Below are positions 42,293-53,559 of a stretch of DNA of 64,000 nt, in pieces. Numbering within the stretch: the first letter of the stretch is position 1; each line of letters starts with the position of its first letter. The translations under genes were made by a program, and so were the position numbers. Under the pieces are notes generated by a model that searched no databases, was not told the origin of the DNA, and saw only the letters and a list, made by a program, of their open reading frames with translations. The DNA comes from Calditrichia bacterium (lineage in GTDB: Bacteria > Calditrichota > Calditrichia > JAJRVZ01): contig CAVZSQ010000013.1 in the NCBI GenBank assembly GCA_963777955.1, positions 32,001 to 96,000 on the forward strand, given 5' to 3'.

Positions 42293-44081
42293 TTATATTT
42301 TTGCAAAATATATTTTAAAAGTCGTACCCGCACCTTTAGTCGATTCCACTTCGATCCTGCCTTTATGCTCGTCGATCACCTTTTTGACGATAGCCAGGCC
42401 CAGGCCTGTCCCGCCCTCTTTACCACTGGTTACAAATGATCCGAATAATTTGTCTTTGATTTCATCGGGAATGCCGGCCCCGTTATCCTGCAAACTGAAT
42501 AATACCTGTCCATCCTGTTCACTGGCATGCAAACTGAAAGTACCGCCGGGTTTCATCAGCTTCCAGCGCATTCTTCATTATATTCATAAAAATACGGTTA
42601 ATTTTCTCCGGATCCACATAGATCATGCTGGCGGTTTTAACCGACCATTCAAAGTTGTAGCCTTTGCGTTTAATATCATCTTCAAAATACTTGACAAAAT
42701 CTTTTACCAGTTTATCAACCGGGTATTTGCGGGGCAGGATGGTTGTCTTGCCCTTGGCAAAATCCAGCACATCGGTGGTCATGCTGGTCAGGCCTTTGAT
42801 CTGCTGGATGACAATCTCGGCATATTCCTGGCGCGTAACCTGCTTTTCCTCCTCCAGCATCAGATCCACAAAACCAAGGATATTACTCATCGGGGTTCGC
42901 AAATCATGGACGATGGTACTCATCATATTGCCGATAGTAGCCAGACGATCGGCTTTACTTTTTTGATCACGCAAACGGTAACTATCAATACCACGTGCCG
43001 TCTGACTGGCAATAGAATCCATAATACGCTGGTCATTGGCCGAAAAATAATTGTGCTCTCCGGTTTTATTCATAAGAAACATAAAGCCGATGACCTGCTG
43101 TTCGCTTAGCAAAGGGGAACAGGCTATATTGCGCACCGGAAGATTAAGATGTTCTGTCATCGCGCGATCCAGGTAGGGATCCTCCTCGATTTTATTGCAC
43201 AGGTAAGATTGACGGTTACTGAACACATGGCCGATTATGCCTTTATCCATGGTGAAGACGGCCGTTTTAAGTCTTGCCTCTTCGACATTGACTGCATAGC
43301 GCTCGCTGATCTCTTTATGTTCCGTATTCGTCAATAAAATCAGGCCGCTGTCAACCTGCAGCGACCCGGTAACCAGCTGCAGTAAATTTTTGAGCATGAT
43401 ATCCAGACGTTCGGCCCGGCTGAGTTCTTTCTCCAGATTGAACAGCAGATTTAACTCATTCAACCGATCTTCCAGATTGCTATATAGCCGGGCATTGACG
43501 ATGGCAATGGCAATCGGCGAGGCCAGCGAAGAGAGTAAATCCTCATCCTGTTTGGTAAAAACTCCATCGATCTTATTCAGAATCTGGATCACTGCTATAA
43601 TTTTGCCGACTTGCTGCTCATCTTTGACCGGTTCCCGGATCGGCATGCACAGGATTGAGCGGGTCGTATAACCGGTCCTTTTATCGGTGGAAGGATCAAA
43701 ACGGCTGTCATTATAGGCATCCTTTATATTAATCAGTTCGCCTGTCTTGGCCACATACCCCGAGATACCCACACCGATCTTCAGGCGTATCTCTTTGATC
43801 TCGGCTTTCAAAGCGATTTTCGACCATAACTCCCCTTTATCAATATCGACCAGGTATAAAGTGCCCCGTTCGGCGTGCATCATTTTCGTCACTTCATCCA
43901 TGATCAGCATCAGCAGCCGTTCCAGATTCAAAACCGAACTCAGCGCCTTGCCGATATACTGCATGGAGCGTATCTCCAATTCCCGCCGTGCCAATCGTGC
44001 CAGCAGATTATTGATCTTGGTCAAACTGGCTGCCTGTTTTTTATTTGCAGGGACTGCCTTTTTCTGAACTTGTTTTGCCAT
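42293..44081 (-). CDS. GAF-GAF sensor histidine kinase (frameshift near 42560)
   Basis: Two GAF domains (GISGYVAKTG..DKRTGYTTRSILCMP), H-box HDLRTP, N-box NIMKNALEA. The G boxes DNGAGI and GTGLGL lie in ORF 42293..42571. Confidence 0.88.
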
Positions 44082-44101
44082 TGTTTTACCCGTTAAATTG
44101 A

Positions 44102-44803
44102 CTAATTTGATTTACGAATCTGGGATTCCGCATATTCTTTTCGCCAGGCGGTAACTAATTGGTGGGCCTGGCGTAATGGTTCCGGAAGCCTGTACTTACG
44201 GCAGCAGGATAAAATCACCTCAACTCCCTGCTGCAGATCCGTGCGGTGGCCGACAGACACAAATACCGGTTTTATTCCTGTCTTGGTACGTACGACTTTA
44301 CCGATGATTTTCCCCTGGTAGATCAGATCACTTGTCGCCCCGCAGCGCAGTGCCGGGGGATTAAATATCCCCACCAACTTCTTTTTGGCACAACCCAGGC
44401 TGGGTTTATCAATCAAAACACCTATATGAGCAGCAAGGCCCAAACCACGCGGATGTGCCAGGCCATGGCCGTCAAAAATAAAGAGGTCGATCTTCTTCCG
44501 GTATGTCGAGATCAGATCCAACAAGACCGGTGCTTCACGAAAACTCAGATATCCAGGTACATAGGGAAAAGATATAGAACTGGTTTGTATTCTTGTGTCA
44601 ATTACTTCCAGGGATGGCAAGTTCATCACTACCATTCCGCCGATCAGCAGGTCCTGAGATTTGAAGTAGGAGACATCAAATCCTGCAATTTTTTTAACCG
44701 GTGAAGGGAGTTTACAGATTTTTACGTTTTTTGCCAGTTCTTCCTGGATTATTTTCGCCTGTTTAAAGTCGGCTAGCCAGGAGTGAGATAATCGACCTTT
44801 CAT
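44102..44803 (-). CDS. nfi: Endonuclease V
   Basis: AGFDVSY, FPYVPGYLSFRE, DGHGLAHPRGLGLAAH, GCAK, PVFVSVGH, RLPEP. Confidence 0.95.
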   Translation of the reverse strand: MKGRLSHSWLADFKQAKIIQEELAKNVKICKLPSPVKKIAGFDVSYFKSQDLLIGGMVVMNLPSLEVIDTRIQTSSISFPYVPGYLSFREAPVLLDLISTYRKKIDLFIFDGHGLAHPRGLGLAAHIGVLIDKPSLGCAKKKLVGIFNPPALRCGATSDLIYQGKIIGKVVRTKTGIKPVFVSVGHRTDLQQGVEVILSCCRKYRLPEPLRQAHQLVTAWRKEYAESQIRKSN

Positions 44804-44815
44804 GAAAAACCGCTT

Positions 44816-45160
44816 TTAATCTTCAGTCACTGAAGCAACTGCTTTTTCGACGCTGTCAAAGATCTCGAATATCCGGTTTAATTGGGTAATGACCAGTAAA
44901 CTCTCTATTTTCCTGGTTACCCTGGCCAATTTCAGTATACCATTACTTTTCTTTAAAGTCGCCAGGCAGGCAATTAATACCCCCAGACCGGCGCTATTCA
45001 TCCACTTTACACCTTGCAGATCGAGTATAACTTGTACAATATCATCATCGAGCAGACTGCGAATTCTGGCATGCAGTTCATCAGTGTCCGGGCCGCCCAT
45101 TATATTACCGTCGATTTTTAATATGGCCAGGTGATTTTCAATTTTTTCTTCTATTTTCAT
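44816..45160 (-). CDS. STAS-domain anti-sigma factor antagonist
   Basis: VILDLQGVKWMNSAGLGVLI with the phosphorylatable Ser; 114 aa. Confidence 0.9.
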   Translation of the reverse strand: MKIEEKIENHLAILKIDGNIMGGPDTDELHARIRSLLDDDIVQVILDLQGVKWMNSAGLGVLIACLATLKKSNGILKLARVTRKIESLLVITQLNRIFEIFDSVEKAVASVTED

Positions 45161-45237
45161 TAAAAAATACCCGCTGATTTAAGCCTTTTAAATTATCAAA
45201 AAAAGCCGGTTTAAGTCAATATAAATATGGTCCTGAG

Positions 45238-45296
45238 TAACCCACCCCTTGGTCCCCTCCCTTATATATAAGGGAGGGGATTGCAGGGGAGGGTCA
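45238..45296. repeat. REP-like nested palindromic element (copy 1)
   Basis: Perfect 28-bp palindrome tcccctcccttata|tataagggagggga (45253-45280) inside outer arms taacccacccct / aggggagggtca. Confidence 0.8.
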
Positions 45297-45302
45297 GCGC
45301 CC

Positions 45303-47460
45303 CTACTCATTCAAAATAGAATAAATGAGATAATTCTTCATAACCCGGCGTACATAATTACGGGTTTGCTGAAACTCAATATTTTCGACGAATATATCCA
45401 TCTCGTCATCATAGTCGATTTTCATCCAGCGGTTAACGCGGTGCGGACCGGCATTATAGGCTGCCAGGGCAAACTCCGTTGTCTCGTCATAGTAATTCAA
45501 TAATTTGCGCAGATAAAAAGTGCCAAAATTGATATTTAATTCGGCATTATATAAAACTTCCGGTTTGGAAAAACTTACACCCAGGTCCGTTGCTATTTCA
45601 GCGGCTGTTTGTGGTATGATCTGCATTAAACCATAAGCGTTGGCATAGGAGCGTACCTGCCGGTCATAAGCACTTTCTTCCCTGATCAGGGCCATGACCA
45701 GATTCAGATTTAGTTTGCGTTTACCGCAATAATCAGCCAGCAGTTGATCATAGTATAGCGGATAGAACTCTTTCAGTATATAAGGTTTATCAAGGAACTC
45801 CACATTATTAAAATATTTCTGATTAATATAGTCATAGATGCGGAAAGACCGGTTGAAAGCACCAAAACGCTTGTACATTTCCGCCAGGGCTACCCATTCT
45901 TTAAGCGTACCGGGTTGATGATAATTCTCTGAAATTTCCTGCAGGGCGAAATCATCGCCCAGTACTTCACGGATGATAAAAACTTTTTCAAAATCCTGCA
46001 GCCATAAATTAATGGACTCGCTGTAAGTTTTTAACGGATTGTCGGAAATGGTCAGTTTCTGCGGTAGATTGATTATGGAATCTATATCCTGACGGTACCC
46101 ATAATAACATTTAACGGCATAATAACTATTGAATAACTCTTTGCCCAGATTTATAAAAAGTGAATCGGCCTGATTCTGCTTGCCCCATTTCTGATAAGTT
46201 TTAGCCAGCCAGTATCGTCCGCGATGTTGCTGGAAAGCGGATTCCCGGTTTGCGGCCATATCCTTAAAAGCAGAAATTGCCAGGGCAAATTTGTTATGGC
46301 GATAGTGCATTAAACCTATTCTGAATCTGGCCTCCCAGGCATAATCACTTCCGGGCCATTGCCGGGTCAACTCCCCATATAATTTGTGAGCCAGTTCTAA
46401 TTTGCCTAAATCCTCATAGATCGAGCTGGCTTTCCAGATAGATTCTGCAGCGATTCGCCGGCGCGGGAAAAGTTTGGCATATTCCACATATTTTTCGGCA
46501 GCATTCTCCTTTTTCCCCAGGTTCAGGTAGCAGCGGGCTAACATCAGATCCACTTTAGGCTCCAGGGTCTTATTCAATAAACCATCCAGAAAATTTTTAT
46601 AACCGTATAATGCCGACTGATATTGGCCGCGTTCAAAATATATCTGGATCAGGTAAAAGCGTGCTTTCTCTTTGAGTTGCGGATCGGGAGTTTGCATGAT
46701 AAACTGTTCTAATTTTTTTGTCAGGGCCGTGTACTGGTGATTATTCAGATATACATCCGCGATGGTAAAAAATAATTTTTCGGACAATTTCTCGGAATTG
46801 TCAAAACTTCCAGCGATATCCAGGGCTTCCGGTGAATCGGGGTAAAGTTGCATAATCTGATACATGCGTTCGCGGGCGTCTTCTTCCTCACCTGAATATA
46901 ACTTTGACTGGGCAATGCGGGTCTGGAAAAACGGCAGGTAAGTCTCATAGACTTTTCTTTTTCAGCAGCATTGAATAATGCTTGACCGCCGGAGTATATT
47001 GCCTGTGCCGGAATTCAAAATCAGCCAGATGAAAAAGTATGGAATCGGCCAGGAAATGATTGGCATGACGATCAATAAAATCATTACCGATTTTCGGGAC
47101 CTGTGCCGCAGATTTTTCCTGTTTTACTGCGATGAGAAATAAAAAATAGTCGACATATTCCGACAACACCCGGTCATTACGCTGCAATTGCCGGAAAATC
47201 TGCAGCGCAGAATCCAGTTCATCATTACGCAGGAAACAAACTGCCATTTTAAAATTTAATTCAAAGTTATGTTTCAGGTAATGATCTTTTTCCTGTAATT
47301 GTTGATATTGGCGTAATGCTTCGCTATAACGGTGATTACTATAAAGACTGTCAGCCTGATGCAGCACATCGCTGGCCAGCAGTTGCTGGGCAGAACAGGC
47401 TAGAAGCCAGAATAACAGGCTAAACCTGTGACTATATTTTAGCAGATGCTTCATATTCAT
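45303..47460 (-). CDS. TPR-containing soluble lytic murein transglycosylase (frameshift near 46947)
   Basis: TPR array plus SLT domain ALIREES, AYGLMQI, NINFGTFYL, ALAAYNAGP, QTRNYV. Confidence 0.88.
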
Positions 47461-47491
47461 ATATTCGGTGTTTTTCGCCGGTACTTGAAAC

Positions 47492-49117
47492 TCAGCGCAG
47501 GACGGCAATTTTACCGCTCTGCAGCAGATTGTTGCCGCGGATCACGAATAGATAAACCCCGGCTGCCACAGCCTCGCCCCGTTTATTTTTTAAGTTCCAT
47601 TGAAAAACGGTTTGCTCAGAATGTTCACCGTGGAATACCATTTTCCCGGAGATAGTATAAATTGATATTTCAGCCTGGGCTGGCAGATTCCTGAATTCAA
47701 CCCACAGTTGCCCGGCTGCCACATTCACAGGATTAGGTCCAAAATATATTTGATCGGAATGCGCTGAATAGGACCTGACCGAAAAGGTCGTATCCGCAGA
47801 TTCCGCATTGGTCAGAATCAGCATCAGAGTATCGGCGGCTGCAGCCGCTTCAGTATAAACAGAATTCACCGGATGGAATCCCGAGTTTTGCCGGCCGCGG
47901 ATAGTCAGAAATCCTGCCTGCGGCAAGCCTCTGGTCTCAATATTGAAGGCTACTTCCCGATTGCTTAATCCATAGAACAGCAGATAACGGTTAGCCAACC
48001 CGCTGACCGGCATCGTCTGTGCATAATTCCAGTAATAAAAAGTCTGGTCACCCGTTTTGATGATCACTTCGGGGAAATTTGCTGCTTCAGAAAAATATTG
48101 ACCGGTCATCGACCTGCTGCCGGTAAAATACAGCCACAACGCATACTGATTGAGTGTGTTCAGCCAGGAAGTATTATAAGGCGCCAGTGTAACCGTACCG
48201 GCAATCGCCGCAAGACTGTTCTCCGCTTTGAGGCGTTCCCAGATCAGGGCAACGAGCTGAGCATCAAATTGCTCGGTTAACATTTTTAAGTACAAACAAT
48301 TGGCATAGGGATAGACGGTATAGGAATTATAATAAGTAAAACTGGTATTGGAGACGGAGCCAAAAAAAGAATCAAGATATTGATAGTAATCGTTGATGTC
48401 CGGAAACAGTGCATCTTCCATCCAGGTGGAAGTCATTTCATAAAAGTAAAAATCTTCCGGCCGTACATTATAACCAAACTGGATGGCATGATTGAATTCG
48501 TGCGCAGCTGTTACTTTTAAACCTGCCAGGCTATCGGTGGGAAAACCACTAAAATCATTTTCAACTTCAATGTAACTGGTATAATTCTCGCCGGGCAATG
48601 CTGCAATATCGATCCCGCTGTAATAAGTCAGACCATAATAGGGCAGATCAGAAAAATATATATGATAGGTCTGGACCGGATTGCCGTCTTCACCGGGAGG
48701 TGCCTGGAATCCGAGTGTATCGATCTCAAACTGCCAGACCTGATCAAAGATCACCAGTGCCGAATCGATAAAATCCGGTACTCCGTTTGTGCCGGCATCT
48801 TCAGGCGGCACCGCAGCAGGGCCGCTATCATCCCAGTGCAAAGTAAATTTGCCGGAAGGCGAAAGCATTGCTCTTTGGCGTATCGGCTGCAGGCTGGCCC
48901 GTCGCAGATAAACCTGCTGTTCTTGTCCGCTCAATTGTGACCAGATCTGGTGAGTCAGCAAAACATAGCGCGTACCGCTTTTTATCTGCTGAGCCGCCAG
49001 CCGGGGATCAGCCGGATTGTTCAGAAAGGTTTGAACCACTTGCCGGTTTTCGGCTGCGGTCAGGTTTATAACCAGCAGGGCCGGAAATAATATCGGTATA
49101 ATAGATTTCATCTTCAT
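47492..49117 (-). CDS. MXAN_6640-like zinc metalloprotease with a C-terminal sorting domain
   Basis: Signal peptide, SPSGKFTLHW, NGVPDFID, VTAAHEFNHAIQ (HExxH), EMTSTWMED, C-terminal PNP..IYTISGKMV..WNLKN..GVYLFVI. Confidence 0.8.
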   Translation of the reverse strand: MKMKSIIPILFPALLVINLTAAENRQVVQTFLNNPADPRLAAQQIKSGTRYVLLTHQIWSQLSGQEQQVYLRRASLQPIRQRAMLSPSGKFTLHWDDSGPAAVPPEDAGTNGVPDFIDSALVIFDQVWQFEIDTLGFQAPPGEDGNPVQTYHIYFSDLPYYGLTYYSGIDIAALPGENYTSYIEVENDFSGFPTDSLAGLKVTAAHEFNHAIQFGYNVRPEDFYFYEMTSTWMEDALFPDINDYYQYLDSFFGSVSNTSFTYYNSYTVYPYANCLYLKMLTEQFDAQLVALIWERLKAENSLAAIAGTVTLAPYNTSWLNTLNQYALWLYFTGSRSMTGQYFSEAANFPEVIIKTGDQTFYYWNYAQTMPVSGLANRYLLFYGLSNREVAFNIETRGLPQAGFLTIRGRQNSGFHPVNSVYTEAAAAADTLMLILTNAESADTTFSVRSYSAHSDQIYFGPNPVNVAAGQLWVEFRNLPAQAEISIYTISGKMVFHGEHSEQTVFQWNLKNKRGEAVAAGVYLFVIRGNNLLQSGKIAVLR

Positions 49118-50424
49118 TTCTTTTTGAAAATCAACCTGATCGGCACCCCTATAAAACCGAATTTTTCACGCAGTTTATTTTCAATAAATCTCTGATAATG
49201 ATCGGCGACCAGATCAGGATGATTACAGTGCAAGGCAAACAGCGGCGGTGTCGTTCTCACTTGCGATATATAATTTATCTTGATCTCTTTGCCCTGTGTT
49301 GCCGGTGGTGTGGTTTTAGCAATGATAGACAAAAGATACTCATTCAATTCGGCAGTGGGAATCCTTTTTTGTCTTTCCCAGTAAACCTGGGTGAGCAGAT
49401 CCAGACTTTTATACAGACGTTGTTTTTTTAAAACCGAAATAAAAATAAAAGGTATATAACGCAATTCCCCCATCTTTTCTTTGAGTTCTTTGCTGTAACG
49501 GGCGATGGTATGCTGATCTTTCTCCACCAGATCCCACTTATTAAAGGCGCAGACAATTCCTTTTTTTTCCTGTTCGGCCCGTACCAGAACCTGTATATCC
49601 TGTTTGGAAAATCCCTCTTCGGCACTGATCATATAAAAGACCACATCACAGCGGTGCATACTCAGATAACTGCGCAGGTTGCTGTAGAAAATGATATTTT
49701 CCTTGATTTTCCTGCGCTTCTTCAAGCCGGCGGTATCGATCATCACATATGACTGTTTTTTATAAGTAAATCTGGTATCAATGGAATCACGGGTTGTACC
49801 GGGAATTTCGGTGACAATCTGCCGCTGTTGATTCAACAGAGCATTGACCAGCGAAGATTTCCCGACATTCTCCTTGCCGATTACAGCGATGCGAATGGCC
49901 TCCCTGTCTTTATCCACGGCTTCAAATACAGAAAATCGGGAAGTCAGCGCATCCAGCATATCACCGGTCTGTATACCGATCATGGCTGAGACCGGCCAGG
50001 GTTGCCCCAGGCCCAATTTGTAAAACTGTCCAATCTCAGGCATGTCCCGTTGATCATCAACCTTATTGACCAGCAGCATTACCGGGCGCCGGCTGATATT
50101 TAATTTTTCGGCCAGTTCCAGATCGATATCGGTGATGCCGGTGCGGGCATCGACCACGAACAAAATAATATCCGATTCATCGATGGCGATATCTACCTGT
50201 TCCCGGACCGCCAGATCAATCTGGCCTTTCGATTTTGGCAAATATCCTCCCGTATCCACCAGGATGAACGGCCTGCCATTCCACTCCGCCACGGCATAAT
50301 TACGGTCACGGGTTACGCCAGGCTCATCATCGACAATAGCCTGACGCCGTCCCAGCAGGCGGTTGAACAGAGTCGATTTGCCGGTATTCGGCCGGCCGAC
50401 AATTGATACTACCGGTTCCTTCAT
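49114..50424 (-). CDS. der: Ribosome biogenesis GTPase Der (EngA)
   Basis: Two G domains (GRPNTGKSTLFN, GKENVGKSSL), GVTRD/GTTRD, DTGG/DTAG, NKVD/NKWD. Confidence 0.96.
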   Translation of the reverse strand: MKEPVVSIVGRPNTGKSTLFNRLLGRRQAIVDDEPGVTRDRNYAVAEWNGRPFILVDTGGYLPKSKGQIDLAVREQVDIAIDESDIILFVVDARTGITDIDLELAEKLNISRRPVMLLVNKVDDQRDMPEIGQFYKLGLGQPWPVSAMIGIQTGDMLDALTSRFSVFEAVDKDREAIRIAVIGKENVGKSSLVNALLNQQRQIVTEIPGTTRDSIDTRFTYKKQSYVMIDTAGLKKRRKIKENIIFYSNLRSYLSMHRCDVVFYMISAEEGFSKQDIQVLVRAEQEKKGIVCAFNKWDLVEKDQHTIARYSKELKEKMGELRYIPFIFISVLKKQRLYKSLDLLTQVYWERQKRIPTAELNEYLLSIIAKTTPPATQGKEIKINYISQVRTTPPLFALHCNHPDLVADHYQRFIENKLREKFGFIGVPIRLIFKKK

Positions 50425-51737
50425 TATTTTACGGTTATCCTCTTTAGCACATTGAATAATTCCGACAGCGGCTCCTGAAATACATGACAAGGTTTACCCA
50501 GACTATTTTCCAGCTGGCTTACTGTCCAATTATCCAGGAAAAAGCCGTCATGGTTAAGCACCCGGGGTGGCAGTAATACAATATCACCGCCGGACCTGCG
50601 GCGGCGGCCGCGGTCCTTTAATTGTTTATATATATCCTGTCCGACCAGGAGTCCCGATACTGATATGGAATTACCATAAAATTCATTCTCAACAGCAACC
50701 AGATCAATCTTTAAATGGTCAATCTTGCGCAATTCGTCTATAACATATTTCTCCAGGGTTTCGGCCGCCAGGACGCCCGTAACCCAGGTAATCTGCAAAG
50801 GTCCGGGCGTTTGCTTTTTCAGATTTGGATAGATCCCGGCAAAGTTATCAATCATATCGCGAAATTCACCCACTCCGTTTTCAATCTGATAAAATTCATC
50901 ATAATAATCATGTTCAGGTATTGGCCTGCCGGCTTTGATAAAAAATTCATCGGCCAGGTAAATAAACCAGGTATCCATTTCCTGCCGGAGCGATTTTCTC
51001 AGCTGCTCCGTATACTCAATCATAGCTGTCAGTTCCGGCCGGGTATGCAGACGCAGCGGATATAGTTTATTGCGATGCCTGGTCAGGCCCACCGGGACAA
51101 TTGCTATCGATTTCAATCCTGGGTAGAACTGCCGCAGATCTGCGATAGTCTGGTCGAATATCTTCCCGTCGTTAAGGCCAGGACATAGAACAATCTGAGC
51201 ATGCAGTTCAATCCCACCCTTGACCAGATATTCAATTTTCTCCATCAGCCGATCATCTTGCCGGCTGCCCAGCAGCAGTTTCCTGGTCTCTTTTTCAGTG
51301 GCATGAACCGAAATGTATAAAGGTGAAAGACGCTGGCGAACGATTCTTTCCAATTCATTTTCAGTTACCGTGGTCAGGGTGACATAATGTCCATAAAGAA
51401 AAGAGAATCGGTAATCTTCATCCTTGAAATAAACCTCTCTGCGCATGCCTTTGGGATTCTGGTAGACAAAACAGAAAATACAATTATTGCCACAAGCTTT
51501 CAGTTTCAGTTCCTGGAGTTCCAGGCCGATATTTTCATCGTATTCTTTTTCAATATCGAAGATAATATTTTCATCCCCTCTTTTGATCAGGATTTCGATG
51601 TTTTCCTCGGTACTATAGAAGCGATAATCAATTTTATCGTTAATAGCATGATTATTAATCTTAATGATAATATCACCCGGTTTTATACCAATTTTTTGGG
51701 CAATACTGCCCTGATCAATAGACAGGATATCAATCAT
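50424..51737 (-). CDS. PDZ + DUF512 Fe-S oxidoreductase-like protein
   Basis: N-terminal PDZ (SIAQKIGIKPGD), CGNNCIFCF, KDEDYRFSFLYG, QIVLCPG, VPVGLT, QIENGVG. Confidence 0.85.
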   Translation of the reverse strand: MIDILSIDQGSIAQKIGIKPGDIIIKINNHAINDKIDYRFYSTEENIEILIKRGDENIIFDIEKEYDENIGLELQELKLKACGNNCIFCFVYQNPKGMRREVYFKDEDYRFSFLYGHYVTLTTVTENELERIVRQRLSPLYISVHATEKETRKLLLGSRQDDRLMEKIEYLVKGGIELHAQIVLCPGLNDGKIFDQTIADLRQFYPGLKSIAIVPVGLTRHRNKLYPLRLHTRPELTAMIEYTEQLRKSLRQEMDTWFIYLADEFFIKAGRPIPEHDYYDEFYQIENGVGEFRDMIDNFAGIYPNLKKQTPGPLQITWVTGVLAAETLEKYVIDELRKIDHLKIDLVAVENEFYGNSISVSGLLVGQDIYKQLKDRGRRRRSGGDIVLLPPRVLNHDGFFLDNWTVSQLENSLGKPCHVFQEPLSELFNVLKRITVK

Positions 51738-51814
51738 TTACAAAATCTTCAAATGATATAACTTTTTGAAATTTACGGACTTATGCGGTATTATTCAACG
51801 GGGCGGGAAAAATA

Positions 51815-51874
51815 TGACCTATCCCCCTTCCCCTTCCCTTATGTATAAGGGAAGGGGAGTAAGGGGATGGGTTA
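51815..51874. repeat. REP-like nested palindromic element (copy 2)
   Basis: tccccttcccttat-gt-ataagggaagggga (51829-51858) inside outer arms tgacctatcccc / ggggatgggtta. It supplies the stop codon of the FecR gene. Confidence 0.8.
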
Positions 51875-52618
51875 TTTCAGTAATTCATCCCTTTCCTGAT
51901 TCCAACGAACCCATTCCAGTTTTGCATCATCGGCGAGGTTAAAATCAGATTTTACATATGAGCCGTCCGGGCGGATGATGATCTGTTGCTGAGCCTTCAC
52001 AATTTCAAACCATTCACTCATGGATACCGGATGAGGACCCTGGACCTGCGTGGGACCCTGAACCTGGACTGGTTTTCCGGGAACCGCACCCAGGCCCGGC
52101 GCCAGAGTTGAAAGATTAGGGCTGACAGCAACATTCCCATCGTATACGAGCACCTGACTGGAAGAATCAGCACCGGCATTCATGCGGTAAATTGTTCCGC
52201 GCACTGCTACGACCGCCGCGGGTGATTTCAGTTTCCAGCTATCCTTATTGCCGACCACTTTCTTAACATTGGCCCACAATTTACCGATAGATAAATCGGA
52301 TTCCACATTTCGCTCTTTTTTGGTCATTACCGCTTTTTCTACGGTATAGATGGACTGCTCATCAACGCGCACCACGCTACCATCATTAAAGGTCAGTTCA
52401 CACCGGGATTGTTTTTTCGTCTCTATCTTATCGCCATTGGTTACGAGCATGTTGAACGAGACCTGCCGCATCTGCTGTTCGCCTTTACTCAGGATCAGAA
52501 CATTACCGAGTGGAAAACTGACTTTGCCCACCACATCGGCGTCCTTGGGTATAAAAGATGTGATGCACAAAAAAATCAGTAAACTTAAAACAACGCTGGT
52601 AATCTTGATCTTAGTCAT
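51872..52618 (-). CDS. FecR-domain protein
   Basis: N-terminal hydrophobic segment, GDKIETKKQSRCELTFNDGSVVRV, SPAAVVAVRGT, VLVYDGNVAV. Confidence 0.85.
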   Translation of the reverse strand: MTKIKITSVVLSLLIFLCITSFIPKDADVVGKVSFPLGNVLILSKGEQQMRQVSFNMLVTNGDKIETKKQSRCELTFNDGSVVRVDEQSIYTVEKAVMTKKERNVESDLSIGKLWANVKKVVGNKDSWKLKSPAAVVAVRGTIYRMNAGADSSSQVLVYDGNVAVSPNLSTLAPGLGAVPGKPVQVQGPTQVQGPHPVSMSEWFEIVKAQQQIIIRPDGSYVKSDFNLADDAKLEWVRWNQERDELLK

Positions 52619-52628
52619 ATAATATTTC

Positions 52629-53540
52629 CTATTTTATCCTGATTATATCGGCATCCTGGAAACCCATTCCGCTTTTAACAATAGCCTTGGCCGCTTTTCC
52701 ATCGGCCATATCACCGGTCACCTGGATTTCTCCGATCAATGATTCCTCAGAACCCAGAGATAAGCCGGTATCGGGATCGATCAGTTCTTCTCCGGGATGA
52801 AAAACTTTAAAAACCATGCCAGGCTTCACTCCACCTTTTGAGCCCGGTTTCATAACTATACTGCCATCGCCCATAACCTTGACGATTTTTCCGACCCAGG
52901 GTACTGATTCCATACCTTCGGTGATATATTTGACGCACTGCTCGATGGCTTCACGGGATGCTTTGCCTAATTGAGTGTTATCCCAGGTATCGGTATTATG
53001 AAAATCAATATCATTAATCCCGACATTGTCCAATCCTGTGGAAGCATCTTCTCCTACTGCTGACTTGGCGGCCATAATCTCCCCGGTATTGACATTGACC
53101 AACCGGACATCCACGGCCACTCGTGCTTTTTTCTTGGAAACACCTAAGTTTAGACCGCCCAAACGACCTAAACCGCCGCCTACTTTTGATTCCTTTTCGC
53201 CAAATTCGGTCACACTGCCTGTTACCAGCATTTCAGCACCGAGCAGCTGCCCTACTTTTGCTGCCGACTGGGGGGTGACCAGACCGGATTGTCCCAGACC
53301 CTGTTCATTGAGGACCTGTTCCAACTCCGTCCGTTCGACAACCAGAAATTTTTTACTCTCCACCAGGGCGGTGACCAGCATATCGGCAACACCTTTACCG
53401 ATATCATAGCCGTAGTGAGCACGGTCTTCAAAATCTACCACCGCCACCCTTTTTTTCAGGGCTGACATGTCCTGAGCTATCAGGGGCAGGGCTACTACCG
53501 CCAAAATTAATACGATTACCGGAATACTCCGATTTTTCAT
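52629..53540 (-). CDS. CsgG/HfaB-family protein with a FlgT_C-like C-terminal domain
   Basis: KRVAVVDF, DMLVTALV..FLVVERTEL..EQ, GAEMLVTGSVTEF, VDVRLVNVNTGEI. C-terminal GKIVKV..GVKPGMVFKV..LIDPDTGLSLG. Confidence 0.82.
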   Translation of the reverse strand: MKNRSIPVIVLILAVVALPLIAQDMSALKKRVAVVDFEDRAHYGYDIGKGVADMLVTALVESKKFLVVERTELEQVLNEQGLGQSGLVTPQSAAKVGQLLGAEMLVTGSVTEFGEKESKVGGGLGRLGGLNLGVSKKKARVAVDVRLVNVNTGEIMAAKSAVGEDASTGLDNVGINDIDFHNTDTWDNTQLGKASREAIEQCVKYITEGMESVPWVGKIVKVMGDGSIVMKPGSKGGVKPGMVFKVFHPGEELIDPDTGLSLGSEESLIGEIQVTGDMADGKAAKAIVKSGMGFQDADIIRIK

Positions 53541-53559
53541 TTTATCCTCCTGTCAATTC

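Noticed and set aside
52629..53540. Curli secretion system
   Set aside because: No csgA/B repeats or csgE/F nearby, and the protein has an extra C-terminal domain and no lipobox.
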